Source: Malacoraja senta (lineage: Eukaryota). Taken from it: 64,000 nt of DNA. Location of the stretch: NCBI GenBank assembly GCA_038087875.1, contig CM075990.1, positions 16,370,001 to 16,434,000 on the forward strand, given 5' to 3'. The translations under genes and the position numbers were made by a program. Of the stretch, positions 14,426-28,169 are shown one piece after another. How positions within the stretch are numbered: the stretch's first letter is position 1; the number at the start of each line of letters is the position of its first letter. A model generated the notes under the pieces. That model made no database searches. It was given only the letters and a program-made list of their open reading frames with translations, and was not told the DNA's origin.

Positions 14426-14944
14426 CTATCAGTGACAATAAAAAGGATATAACCAAATATATCATAGCAGTAAGCAAAAGAGTAATTAAAAATACAAATG
14501 AGTTGCTGATAAATTTGTTTCAAAAATCCCATAATCACCTTGCTAACATGCCCTGCATTAATTATAAGGTGGTTCAAAAAGCATTGTACACCTAAAAGAC
14601 ATGTTTTAATGAATTTAAAAAAGTTGTTGCAATATATTCAATTCAATTTTTTTCTTACACTTCGAGAGGCAAGATGTATCACAGCCAGATGCAAGGTGAA
14701 GCTTTTTCAATTATTTGCCATCTGTATTCTAACATCAAGGTACCTTGGTTTTGTGTTGCATAGATTAACCTGGTGCTGCTTTCTGCTCACAGAGCTCAGA
14801 AACATTATCACCTTCAATAACAAATTCCACCCAATCTTACTTTCATATTGTACTCTCCTGACTCTTCCTGTCTCTTTCTTACCATTTACATCTCAGAGTT
14901 CCGGTTACAGGCAATATCCATTACAAGCTCACAGGTATCTTATC

Positions 14945-15389
14945 AATGCCGAACACCTCCGCTCGGTTCGCAATAACCAACCTGATCTCCCGGTGGCTCA
15001 GCACTTCAACTCCCCCTCCCATTCCGAATCCAACCTTTCTGTCCTGGGCCTCCTCCATGGCCAGAGTGAGGACCACCGGAAATTGGAGGAGCAGCACCTC
15101 ATATTCCGCTTGGACAGTTTGTACCCCAGCGGTATGAACATTGACTTCTCTAATTTCAGGTAGTCCTTACTGTCTCCTCCCCTTCTCAGCTCTCCCTCAG
15201 CCCTCTGGCTCCTCCTCTTCCTTTCTTCTTCCTGCCCCCCCCCCCCACCCTCACATCAGTCTGAAGAAGGGTTTCGGCCCGAAACTTTGCCTATTTCCTT
15301 CGCTTCATAGGTGCTGCCTCACCCGCTGAGTTTCTCCAGCATTTTTGTCTACCTTCGATTTTCCAGCATCTGCAGTTCCATCTTAAATG
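14945..15389 (+). mobile_element. Penelope-like 3' fragment (GIY-YIG C-terminus + hammerhead-bearing terminal repeat) with an 11-bp TSD
   Basis: EHLRSVRNNQPDLPVAQHFNSPSH...RKLEEQHLIFRL...GMNIDF. TSD GGTATCTTATC at 14934-14944 and 15390-15400. Hammerhead core at 15261-15285. Confidence 0.88.
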
Positions 15390-15410
15390 GGTATCTTATC
15401 CTGTTTTCTA

Positions 15411-15629
<219 letters not shown>

Positions 15630-15744
15630 CTACAAAAGTAACAAATAACTTTCAGTACTGGCAACGGAAATTAATGCATTTAACTGGTCAGAAAATACTC
15701 TGCCATATTTTACTGCATATTAAGTAAAATGTGCCTTTTCTTAC

Positions 15745-15873
15745 CTGATTATTGACAACTACATGGATCGTACCGTGTGTGGTATACGATGGGAGATCAC
15801 TAAGATGAAATGTTTCGTACACAATGCCCTGGCCAGCAAAAGCAGCATCACCATGGAGAAGGATGGACATCAC
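15745..15873 (-). CDS. OGDHL: OGDHL exon (approx. exon 10), [43 protein letters not shown]
   Basis: 129 nt, AG/GTaaga. ThDP-binding GDA...NNQ motif. Confidence 0.95.
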
Positions 15874-16394
15874 CTTTAAAGTTAAAAACAAACGACTTTG
15901 AATTAGTCACGATAACCCACTGTATTTCATGAAAAATCAATGCAATCTTCAGCCTTTAAAACCTTTAAAGAAAGGTACGAATTACTTAACCTGACATACC
16001 TTTATTAAAATATAAACCTCTGCGGGAAGGGTCAAGGACAATGCCGCAGGAAACCTGAAATAGGAGCTTTCCATCATCTTCAATAAACAAGCAACATGCA
16101 GGCCAGGCCAGTATTCATTTTGAGGGGAGGTGGGGGTGGAAACCCCCTTGTGAGTGACCATAGTTAACTATTCCATTGTTATTTCCAACTGCTCTCTAGC
16201 AAGGGATAATGGATACATTTTTTCTTACCCTTTAATTACTTGGGTATTTGCAAAGCTCTTTAAATGTCAACAAAACAAGATCAGTACACTCATACCCAGA
16301 ACATTACAATATACTAAAATAACACCAAACATCATAATCCATCTCCCTCCAGTCGAAACATCCGCTCAACATGACTTTCTGTTTGGTCCCAACT

Positions 16395-16520
16395 AATATC
16401 CATTACAAGCCTATCTGTTCTCTACTATTCGCCCAGTTTCAGTAATGCAATGTCATTAATTACCAGATCGATAACGACATCTTTATTGTATGTGCTCCTC
16501 AACTCGGCAGCCACTTTACA
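16395..16520 (-). pseudogene. Partial duplicate of the OGDHL exon 11 3' end plus adjacent intron
   Basis: Encodes [19 protein letters not shown] then GTAATT. Matches 15401-15506 and ~14913-14928. Confidence 0.88.
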
Positions 16521-17900
16521 GAAGATCTTTTGGTTCCTTTTATCCCTGCTACGTCCATATTTTTCCCTACCCAATTTGAGTTTCATAGGTTCAGCCTAGT
16601 TTTTACTTGATATATTAATCGTACCTTTGAATCTGGTAAGTAAAGCTCTTGCTAATCAAATACACGTTCTGACTTGGCAATTTTTTAAATCAATAATGAT
16701 AGATCACATATCAGAATCCCCCCACAGATTTCCCCTAGAAGTAGCATCAAATTTGGCAACTAAATTTGTAAACATTAAACAGTACAGAACAAATCAGGCA
16801 TTGCTGTCATTTTGGCTATTATTTGACAATGTAATAAATTGGCTTTTTTTGGCTGCAGTAGTATATTCTTCCTGAATTATGATATTTTCATTGCGGTCTT
16901 GGAATTGTGATAAGATAGATTAATATGGCCTTTGGTTGTTGCTCATTAACAGTTCATGCAACAGCTTCCTCTAAAGTCCAGCACATATATCTCTTGTCCT
17001 ACACATCTGCACTAGCTCTGCTGACAAATATTTTGACAGAAAGAGGAGAATTTCTTGAAATGAATGATTATTTGAAAAACCTTACAAGTTGTTTGGGAAA
17101 TAAGTTTTTTTTTGTTCAATGTGATATTACCAACTTCATCAGATCAAAAATAGTGAAACATTAATCACGTTTTCAAAAGACATTTAACGAAGGTGACTTA
17201 CTTACTTAGTAAAGGAACTTACTTGCAGATGGCATTTGCAATCCACGTAATTTCCAAATCATTTTAAAATAATTTAATGTCAAATGCCCACGTGAACATG
17301 AACAAGTTTCAAAACATTTATTCTCTCTACTTTTGCAAAATATTAACAAATATTTCAAATAATTTCCCCAAACTTTCACCCTAACCAATGGTTAAGAGTA
17401 GGCACTTCCGAGGTTAAAACAGATTGGAAATACGAGTCAAAGAGACCGCATTTACTAAATTAAAGATGCAAAACAATTACTAATTACTAAATAGGAAATA
17501 CAATAAAACTGCAGATGTAAGAAATATTGTCAAGTCAAGTATCAAGTTTCCTTTATTGTCATTCAGACCTTTCGGTCTGAACGAAATTGTGATGCCTGCA
17601 GTCATACACAGAACCAATAATAACAAAACATACAATAAACACAAATTAAACAAATTGTCTTCCCATTCCGTGCCCAGATGGTGCCAAGACCTGCCAAGCT
17701 CCTCCAGCACTTTGCATTTTGCTAATAAATAGTTGGATTCCATCTTTGAATTAAACTCCTGCTGCATGATGCTATGATAAGCCATTTTTAAGGATCGAGC
17801 ATCTCAACATAGATACATAGAGAATAGGTGCAGGAGTAGGCCATTCGGCCCTTCGAGCCTGCACCGCCATTCAATATGATCATGGCTGATCATCCAACTC

Positions 17901-17988
17901 AGTATGTTTAATTGAGAACAGTACTCTAATAAACACCGAAGCTAAGTATGTTTAATTGAGAACAGTACTCTAATAAACAGCGAAGCTA
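17901..17988. repeat. 44-bp tandem duplication near the exon 9 donor
   Basis: AGTATGTTTAATTGAGAACAGTACTCTAATAAACA(C/G)CGAAGCTA x2. Confidence 0.9.
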
Positions 17989-18019
17989 ATCATTTGAAAC
18001 GTAAAAAGAAAAATCTTAC

Positions 18020-18199
18020 CTTTTGTCCTGTAGTGTCTCCACGATAAAACTGCTCTGCTTTGGTTTTACCCTGTACCACTGGATTGACTGCTTCCAAATG
18101 CGAAGGATTTGCCATAAGTGACATGGTTATGTGTTTGTTAGTTGTTCGATTGAGCCTTTCCTGATATACACCAAGGTGGTACTTAACATCTCCTGATCC
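18020..18199 (-). CDS. OGDHL: OGDHL exon (approx. exon 9), [10 protein letters not shown]...[31 protein letters not shown]
   Basis: 180 nt, AG/GTaaga. GDVKYHLG and NPSHLE catalytic-site motifs; QFYRGD is OGDHL-type. Confidence 0.94.
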
Positions 18200-19189
18200 C
18201 TTAATGATATAAAGATGTTTTGGTTAATTATTTTCTCACAGAAAACAACTGTAGTCGATTAGTCTTCAAGTAAAATAAGACCTCTCAGTATCAGTATCAC
18301 ACTGGAGACTGCTCAAAATTAAACAAAAATGTAATTACACAAAAATGAACAGCATATTTACCAGTATAGCTCATATTTCCATTTGCCAACAAGAGCAGAA
18401 CATATGTTTCGAGTCAAGAACATTAGGAGGGATTTTTCATTTGGTGCCCAACAGACACCAAGAAGATATGCAGCCACCTATAAAGTTCAGAATATTGCAC
18501 ACCCTGCAGTGACATTTTGGGCATTACAATGAATAAATGAAAACCTGCTAGAGCATAATTTTTCGACCAGATATTTCACCTGGTAATTCATATTTGGCAC
18601 ACATGAACCAACCGATACAGGTTCAGAAAGCATGCAGTTTACAAGTTTACATAGGGTCTAAAATGTCTGTTTATCTACACCTCATTATTCATAATTTTTC
18701 TTTCCTATTAATTTGATTTCCATTATGGACAAAACATTGTTTTTAGAAGCTCTTGTAACCATTCAGAGCTTAGTGGCTAATGAAAGCATTCTTCAGAGTC
18801 TGAAGATGGGTCTCGAGCCAAAACGTCACCTATTCATGTTCTCCAGGGATGCTGCCTGATCTGCTGAGTTACTCTAGCAATTCGTGTCTTTCCTTGGTAA
18901 CCAGCATCTGTATTTCTCTGTGTCTGCATATGTAAATCAAAATCTCTCTTCTGAATTTTACGGATTTATTTTTACGAAATTTACAAATTTATTTTAAGCC
19001 AAAATATTAATAGAATGCAATACAGCATATGTTTCAAAGTCTTAACTGTCTTGTGGATTGCAGTATGTGCTTATTTCTTAAATACACTGTACAAACCCTA
19101 AAATAAAAGTGCTCATTTTGAAAACGTTAAAACCATATTTCAAATGAAACTGCACGAATTACACGGTATCCAACACAATTGATGCTCAC

Positions 19190-19280
19190 CTCCTCTGAAG
19201 CTTCCAATTTTGGGTCAAATTGGCAGAAAAGCTGTTCCAAATCCTTCCGAATTACATTAGCCAACACATTTAACCGGCCT
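19190..19280 (-). CDS. OGDHL: OGDHL exon (approx. exon 8), [30 protein letters not shown]
   Basis: 91 nt, ttttctAG/GTgagc. RKDLEQ and FDPKLE are OGDHL-type. Confidence 0.93.
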
Positions 19281-19457
19281 CTAGAAAAGGTTTGAAATTG
19301 TTTAAGGCATGAAAATGTATTCACTAGAATTGTTCCAAAAATATTAGTAGAGAAAGATGATAATGGAATTTAAAATCCAAATTCTAAGATTAATGGTCTA
19401 ATAATCTTGAAAGCAAGACATTCACAGAATTGCAGAAAGATTACAACATGGAAAAAA

Positions 19458-19621
19458 GGAATAGGCGACGTTTTGGGTCAAGACTCTCCTTCAGTCTGAA
19501 GAAGGATCTCGACCCGAAACGTCGCCTATTCCTTCTCTCCATAGATGCTGCCTCATCCGTTGAGTTTCTCCAGCATTTTTGTCTACCTTCGATTATTCAA
19601 GCATGTGCAGTTCTTTCTTAA
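19458..19621 (+). mobile_element. Penelope-derived insert with back-to-back inverted hammerhead cores and a 15-bp TSD
   Basis: TSD ACAACATGGAAAAAA at 19443-19457 and 19622-19636. CTGAAGAAGGATCTCGACCCGAAACGTC is preceded by a degenerate inverted copy of itself. Confidence 0.82.
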
Positions 19622-21496
19622 ACAACATGGAAAAAAAGTAATTTGTTGCGTTAAAGTTTATATCATTCTAAAAGTAATCCAACTAGATCCCTTCTGAATA
19701 TTCCAATTGAACCCACCCTTCCTCCTACTGCCAGCAGTGCAGCCCACACCCAGATTGCATGTTGCATAAGAAAATTCTGCATGTCATTTCTGATTATTTT
19801 GTTAATCAATTTTACTCTATGTCCCTAGTTCTAGTCACTTCAGCCAATGGAATGATTTCTCTTTATCTACACTCTTCACATGCTTTTCAGGAAAGGGGCG
19901 GAAAAAAGGAACTGCAGTTTTGAACCGATAAAATATTACAGAACTCGAAAGAATTTCTTCACAGAATCAAAATTAAATCCAATTAACTGGAGTTATGATT
20001 AATAAAGGGGATGATTGTGTCAGATTTAGGAGCAACCTCCTGCAAATTCCTTCACATTTTCAATATTTTTCAAGAAAGTGTTAAAGAATTCCTGTGTGAA
20101 ATTGCAAGTCTTGAGATTCCTGATAAGCATTTGTAAATATGGAGGAATCCAGAAGAAATCTGTGCCAGATTAGAACTGCCATGTGAACAATATCCCTGCC
20201 AAACCAAAAGGAGCAAATATGAGGTGAAATTTGATTGTTACAATTGTGACTAAAGCAACAACAAAAAAGAATTAACTACTTTTAAGTATTTGTAAATTAT
20301 TTTGTTTCACTCTTCCACATGGTGCTTGATAAACTACTACATATTTGGTTTGTCAGGATAATTAAAGCCCATAGAATGAAGGATACATGAGTGGCAAGGA
20401 TACAAAATTGGCTTAGGTACAGCAAGTAGACTGAAGGTAACTGACCATTTTCAGATTTCATGGAAATATATACAAGGACTAACACTCTTGACTCTTGAAG
20501 GCGGGCAGAAATTTGATAGATCATGAGTAATTCAAGAGGAACCTGTGAATGACTGCAGGATTGATAACAAGACACACAACTTTGAGGTGATAGGGAACAG
20601 AAGCAAAGAAAAAAACCTGTGCAACAAATGATTACCACGTGGAATGCTTTGTTTGTTGAGTTGCTGGAAACATAACAAGAAGCTTCAAAAAGGAATTTGA
20701 TAGTTATGTGAAGAAGAAACATGCAGAGATATGGGGAAAGTGAGGAATGCGTAACTAACTGAAATATTCTGATAAAGAGCTAACATTTTAACAGATTGGC
20801 AATTTTGAAACATTTTTTACATTTTCCATCGCTAGATGTCTTTGTAACTTTTGCTAAACAGCTTTGGCAAGCAAAAAATATGTTATTCCAAATAAAAATG
20901 ACAGAGGAATTGATAACATGCTTAAGAGTAGAAAGTTCTTCAGCAATAAAACTCCAATCAAACATAAATGAAAGTAAAACCCAATCCATTATTACATAAA
21001 TGAAAACCTTTTATACCCCAAAGCATTCACATTATACAATTTAAAAAAATGATATCATACTCCTAACCCAATTACACTGCAAATAAAAAATATCAATTAA
21101 ACACAAATAAGTTACTGCATTTGCTTAAATGAATAGCTGTTCTGTTCAACAATGCTGGTCACCATGAACAGAACAAAACTACTGAAATGACCATCCTGTG
21201 TCAACTGTATCACAACTATTGTTGTGATTTTTATTTGCCTGTGTAGATAATGGCTTAATATTTCACTAGTTTATAATTCTGCTGGTAAGAGAAGGTAAGC
21301 AAACAAGTCCATTCACAAGAACAGAGCCTGGCCATAAAAATATGCAAGTGTTTGGGATATTACAACGTGTCAGCAATTGGAGAGAGGAGAAACATGGACA
21401 ATCATCTTGCTCATCATGTATATTCCCTTTATGAGAAAAGCTGAAGATAAATTTGAGCAGCCACACAAAAGGCTTTATCAAAATGAAATGTCATAC

Positions 21497-21643
21497 CTGT
21501 GTGGCATTCCCATGATTACATTGTCTACTCCCATTGAAATAGATACGTCAATGATGGTCTTTAAGGCAGGAATTAACACCTCACATCCTTCCACACCAAA
21601 CCGCTTCTCAGAAGACCATTTTCTTGCGAGAAATTCTTCAAAC
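21497..21643 (-). CDS. OGDHL: OGDHL exon (approx. exon 7), [32 protein letters not shown]...GMPHR
   Basis: 147 nt, AG/GTatga. FLARKW is the OGDHL form (OGDH has FLQRKW). Confidence 0.93.
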
Positions 21644-22003
21644 CTTTTAACCACAAATGTTATTTTAATGGAGAAGTAAGGAACTGCAGATTCTCATTTA
21701 CAAAAAAAGACAGTGTTGCACAATAATATCTTGGAGATCTTGGAGATCATTTTTCATGAATTTTCACTTGGGAGTTTCTATCTTAAATATACATAGCTAG
21801 GAAATTCCAATACGATTTTATTCGTCTCTATTCCCATGTTACTTAATAACAATGTCCCGCATTCACTATTTAGTCAATAAAAAGATAAAAGAGGAAAGAC
21901 CTGCCCATTCACGGCTATATGGTTTGCGCTATCTTATAACTGATAAGAAAAGCTTGATAACCATAGCAAGAATACTTGCAATATAAGGATATTACGTTCA
22001 TAC

Positions 22004-22158
22004 CTTGTTGAACGGATCAAACGACCCAATAGCCTTCTTTTTTCCTTGTTGGTAAACTGCAAAATGTTTGGTGTTTCAAACATCTGTCTAATCCACTGGC
22101 ATTGTGCCACATCATTTATAAACATGTACTCCAAGCCAATATGTCGACAGTAGGCATC
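22004..22158 (-). CDS. OGDHL: OGDHL exon (approx. exon 6), [30 protein letters not shown]...RLIRSTR
   Basis: 155 nt, tttattcAG/GTatga. HIGLE and INDV are OGDHL-type residues. Confidence 0.93.
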
Positions 22159-22534
22159 CTGAATAAAAAAAATTGAAGACCTCACAGATACTCTCCACTT
22201 AGTTCAAAGTAAAAGCTGCTTCTTTAGTCATTTGAATACATTTTAATCATGTTACATTTGATAACACTGGGTCTTGAACACACTTCTCAAAGCAGCATCA
22301 AATATTGACAAACCATAATAAAGTAATAAAGCTTCTGAAATTTACTTCAGAATGTAGCAAGGTAGGTAACAGAAAGCGAGACACTGCCTAACTTATCGAC
22401 TTTCATTATGCAAGCCATATCTGTGACTTGCACTCCATTGTTCTGCTGTTTCACTACACAATCTATTCAATAACAGCAGATAGATTAATAGTTTACATCC
22501 TTAACTCACAGGGAGTTGTCACACAGAAGTACAA

Positions 22535-23095
22535 GGGAGACTTCAGCGAGGCCTTTGATAAGGTTTTGCGTGTTAGCTGCACTGAAACATTCGATTGCAT
22601 GACATCCAAGGAGAGCTAGCTGCCTGGATACATGGAAGGAATTGGCTTCATGGAATGAAACAGTGGGTGGTGGTGGAAGGTTGGTTCTTGGACTGGAGGC
22701 CTGTGCCTAGTGGTATGTCTCAGGGATCGATGCTGGGCCCATTGCTATTTGTGGTTTATATTAACAAGTTAGATGAGAATGTGCAAGGCATAATTAGTAA
22801 GTTTACAGATGACACTCAAGTAGCTGGTATCGTAGACAGTGATGGGGGTTATCAAAAATTAAAGCACGGTTTTGATTAGCTGAGCAAGTGGGATGAAGAA
22901 TGGCTAATGCAGTTCAATGCAGCTAAGTGTGAGGTGTCGAACGAGGGAAGACAAACCAGGAAAGGACCTTTATGGTGAATGGTAGGGACCTGGGGAGTGT
23001 TGTAGAGCAGAGGGATCTAGGAGTACAGGTGCACAGTTCCCAGAAAGTGGCGCCACAGGTAGACAGGGTGGTAAAGAAGGCTTTTGGTATATTGG
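22535..23095 (+). mobile_element. Degenerate CR1 RT fragment
   Basis: DFSEAFDKV, SGMSQGSMLGPLLF, KFTDDT. Confidence 0.8.
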
Positions 23096-23281
23096 CGATG
23101 ATAATTACGATAATTTTCCAATGAAGAAGCGTTCTCGTAGCATTCTACCATATTAAAGGTGCTGTACAAACATCACATTGTGTGGGTATGTGCGTGTATT
23201 ATAGGTTTACAGGTGGCCACCAGATTACATTGTGAACCATTTAAGTAATTGTAAATAATTTGCGTTTCATTATGTACTCAC

Positions 23282-23397
23282 CTCTAATCTTCTTATTATT
23301 TCACGCAATGAAACTGCAGATTCATTTCCCCCAATGAAGGTCGTTGTAGGCAGTCGGAAAACTTTATCCAAGTCAGTTTCACAAAGTCCATAATTTC
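23282..23397 (-). CDS. OGDHL: OGDHL exon (approx. exon 5), [39 protein letters not shown]
   Basis: 116 nt, cAG/GTgagt, in frame with the flanking exons. Confidence 0.93.
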
Positions 23398-25879
23398 CTG
23401 CATGATTATGAAAAGACGGTAATAATGAAAGTGCTTTACACAGATTGGATCATCATTGTACAATGGGATTAAAAGACAAAACTATTAAAAAAGAGTAATG
23501 AATATCATGTCAGTGACTTCCAATAAAGACTAATTTCTTACACTGAAATAACCAAAGTTTAAATCAGAAAAGACAAATACTATGTTCAAAGGATCTGATA
23601 TTATAAATTTACAACTGGATTCTGCACTTTATTGTACACGGCACATAGTGCAAAGTTACTGTGAGAATTTAAGTGGTTCATCAGTGAAAATTCGCTTTCC
23701 TTAAACTAATCCAAACAAGAGATTATTGAAATTGGAAGATTGTATACAGTAGGAAAAGGCATTCACTGTATTGCAAGATTGATAACTAAAAGCTCTGCAT
23801 TCAAACTGAATTACTCATTAAACAGTCTATAATATGGCTGTACAACATTTATAAACTCCAGCTTATAAACTCTCATGTATGCAGAAAGAAAAATAGCATA
23901 GCAACAGATGTTTATAGACAGGCACAAATATTAACTTTTTGCCATTAAAATGCATTCAGCGGACATTTGCATGTTTCTGCAAAACACGTGGTGTCTTTGG
24001 CTTTTCATTACATTGACAGCTGGTTCTGGCTCGAATACATTTGGTGAATTTCAATTTGCTGTGGATCAAACAGATGGCAAATGTTGAAGCACAGGGCATT
24101 CAATAATGCTCTATGCGAACTAATGCATATCAAGGCAAAATAAATATTGAAACCTATTGAATTTTAACCAAACACTTAAAAAACGTCACCCTCGTCTAAA
24201 AAGAAACAAATTATTTAGAAAGAGTTTTAAGCAACAGTTTTGTATCACAAACTGTAGATACACCAGGATCTGATATTTTTCACAATAGTACTCCAGTGTG
24301 GTGGTAAACTGAAATAAATACAAACAAATTTGCAAGACTATGAGGAAAAACGCAAAAATTATACATTGTCAGTATTAAAGCAGTATTTGAAATTTTAAAC
24401 ATTTTACCAGAGCATTTTAGTCACAGCATCTGTGACTTTAGTAAAAATAAAAATATAAAATAACACTTAATTTAACATTCAATGTAGTTTGTACAAGCAA
24501 ATAAATTACTTTGGAATTTCAGAGCAGTTAGATCATAAGAAAATGTTGAAATCTTTGCCGATATGGGTCACGGACATAAACTCCACAATAAAAGGACTGA
24601 CAGAATTACTAAAGACACAAGTTTAAACGTAACCTTTAAAAACGGAATCAGAAAAGTCTTGTTATCATTAGATTTTCATGTAGTCTGACAGGATGAACAT
24701 ATGGTAATTTCAATGTATCAATGTTTTCCTCTTTGTGATAATCATAATAACACTTTGACGAAACTGAGATATTCACTGTGGGGAAAAGGGTCAAAGATCT
24801 AGGAGATGCAATTTAAAATTCAAAGAATAACCTTGACATCTGTGATATTGAATTTGCATTTTATTTCAAACCTTAATTAAATTCGCTAATACAATATAAT
24901 CACCTGAAACTTTGGGAGGTTTTTTTAAAACTTGGAACACCAATTGCTGTACTATCAAATATACTAATTTGACCACATAGTCAAGTGCAAACTAAAACCT
25001 TGAAACATATAAGATATTTAAAACTAATTTAGTATATCAACAATATTTACTTCTGCAACCTTGTGATAAATATAACAGCAATGCAGGTGTAAATTAAACT
25101 AACTTTAAAAAGAACAACATTGTAATTGGCCTTTCACTATATTTCCACTGTACACTTAATGCAAAGCGAAATAAAACCAAAGGAATATAAAAAAGTATTA
25201 TACTAATTATATTAAATAAACAGATCTCAAATTTACAATGGTTTAACACTAGGTCAACCACTTATGATATACTTCTGCAGTTTATAAGTATTTGTGCAAT
25301 TAATGTCAAACAGTGAGGTAGAATATTCAACTTAAATCATAAATCTGATATTACAAATCTTCGGCTTATTATCGAAATAGTGCAATTTTCATTTTCAGGT
25401 TGACAATCTACTCCAGTGCACTGTACTGTGCTGGCTGATCACCAGATAGTTCTTCAGTGTACGTTAATCGGTTTTGATTATTATATATTTCTCAAATATT
25501 TTCTCATTCATAGTTATGAAAAAAATGAATTAAAACTGGCACTACAATTTTAATGAGGAAGTGTCCTACCCAAAACATTATCTGCCTATTCCCTCCACAA
25601 ATGCTGCCTGACCCAGAGTTATTCCAGCCTTTTGTTTTTTGCTCAATCTGTCAGCTACATTGCTTCTACATGTCCATCACTATTGTAAATATTTTCTACG
25701 GCATTACTCCACCCAAAAATGCGAGTGGAATTAAATTCCATGTTATTTCCAAAGGGAATTGGATATAAACAGCTTTAGAGGAATTTACAGGATGAGAGTA
25801 AAAGTGAATTGGAAGCTTTGATATGGAGAATACTGATGTGTCTTACTAGGCTTCAATGTCCTTGATTGAATTATAATCT

Positions 25880-27045
25880 CAGTCAAAGAGATTAACGACG
25901 ATTAAAGCATCAGGACCTGATGGTATACCTGGTCGTACTCTCAAAATCTGTGCAGACCAACTGGCCGGAGGCTTTTCGGACATCTTCAATCCCTTATTAC
26001 TGAGGTCTGAAGTTCCCACCTGCTTTAAAAGGGCATCAATAATACAGGTGCCCAAGAAGAGCAAGGTGACATGCCTCAATAATGACCGACTAGTGGCACT
26101 AACACCCATAGTGATGAAGAGGTTTGAAAGATTGACTATGGCACATATCAACTCCTACCTCAACAAGAATCTGGACCTACAACAATTTGCCAACCGCCAC
26201 AACAGGTCAATGGAGGATGCGATCTCACTGGCTTTCAACTCTGCACTGGATCACTTGGACAATAAAAATACACGTTAAGCTAAAGTTCATAGACTACAGC
26301 TTGGCATTCAACACCATCATCCCCTCAAACTGGTTACTAAGTTCATGGAACTGAGTCTCTGCGCATTTGTTTGCAACTGGATCTTGGACTTCCTCATCAA
26401 CAGAACACCATCAGTACAAATTGTCAGCAACGCTTCCTGCTCAATAATCATCAGTACAGGAGCACCTCAACGTTAGTGCACTCAGTCCGCTGCTCTATTC
26501 CCACAATGGTGCAGCCTGATACAGTTCCAACTCCATCTTCAAATTTGCCGGTGATACAACTATTGTTGGGCAAATTATGCATGATAAGTCAGGGAATGGA
26601 GGGGAGATCGATCGACTGAGCAAATGCTGTCAGAACAATAATCTTGTTCTCAACATCAGTAAAACCAAAGAACTGATTGTTGACTTTAGAGTAGAAAGGC
26701 TGAGAATCCACAAACCTTTCTTCATCGATGGGATGAAGAGAGCCAAAAGCTTCAAATTCTTCGGTGTGCGTATCTCTAAAGATCTGTCCTGGACATAGCA
26801 CATTGATACAATCATAAAGAAAGACCATGAACACCTCTACCTTCTCAGAAGACTGAGAAGATTTAGTATGCGATGAATACTCTCTTAAACATCTACTGGT
26901 GTACAGTAGAGAGCATTTTGACTAGTTGCATCACAGCCTAGGTCGGCAACTTGAATTAAGGATTCAAGTGGGGAATTAAGAAGACTGCAAAAAGAGGTGA
27001 ACACTGCCTAGTCCATCACAGGTACTGAACTCACCACCATCATTG
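25880..27045 (+). mobile_element. Degenerate Rex1/Babar LINE RT fragment
   Basis: [37 protein letters not shown]. Confidence 0.82.
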
Positions 27046-28169
27046 CTTCAGAAAAGCGAATCTTAACAAAAAGGAAAGGAAAGGCTGAACTTCAAAACAT
27101 GAAAAAAAGGTGCAATAAAGACATACTGTGGAATTGGAAATTCTTTCATTGCAACAGTGAGCAAAAAAGATGTAATATATAACCCAGGAAAGACAGAATG
27201 CTGGTGTAACTCAACAGGTCAGGCACCATCTCTGGAGAACATGGAAAGATGACGTTTCGTGTCGGGACCCTTCTTCATACTGATTATAGGAATGTGAGGA
27301 AAGAAAGCTAGAGAAGTGTGATATATAATCCAATTCCAAAATCAATCTCATTTATATACACAGGAAAAAATATTTGTTGCTTTTGTTACCACGGTGATAG
27401 TTTTGCCAAAAATAAATCAGAATATGCCATGCTGAGCTTTTCAATTAATCTGAAGTCAAATATACTGTACTATTACAGGGCCAAATCTTGCATAGTAAAT
27501 TGAATACAACTAGTTTGAAACGAATTCATCCATATTATCCATATAAACGAATATAATACTTCTTCAATTTAATGTTTCCATGTTATTCCAAGTTTGATAG
27601 CTTTAGTGAGCTAAGAGTTAGATTGTATTTCAACCAGCAATAATGTGTGCATCATGCTGATGGTATTGCAACAATGAGTTGGACATATTTTAAAATATAG
27701 ACCACAACTCAATCCGTTTTATTTCCAATTTACTTTAAGTTACCTAAAGCTATATCTATATATCCAATGGAACTGCATATCAGGCAGGCCGATTTTATTC
27801 ACCTCAAGGTCATAAGGGACAAAAATGAAAAATACATTTTCACCAAGCATCAAAAATGGGATATAAATTGAGCCTTCACGAAAATAGGGCACAAAAATGG
27901 CTGCTGAATTCCCAATTGGTTAATAAAATTCATTCTACACGATAAATAACTATATACCCTTTCAGCCAATTAGTCATTGCACAGATGATTTTGAGTCACT
28001 ATGCTGTGAGGAAGCAAATGAGGTGAAACAAGCTGGTTAAATTTTACGAGGCCCAAATGACAACTGAGCTAATGATTGCGTGTCCGTTAGAATTGCATGC
28101 ACACACCTTTTAAATTGTATTTGCCATTTCTGAAAGAGACTGACTGTATATCAACAAAAATTCAAGTAC

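Noticed and set aside
14540..15163. 207-aa plus-strand ORF
   Set aside because: Chance read-through from intron sequence into the Penelope GIY-YIG fragment.
24408..24435. Possible AG/GT-bounded micro-exon in intron 4 (OGDH has alternative exons in this region)
   Set aside because: 28 nt is not frame-preserving, and it does not resemble the known OGDH alternative exons.
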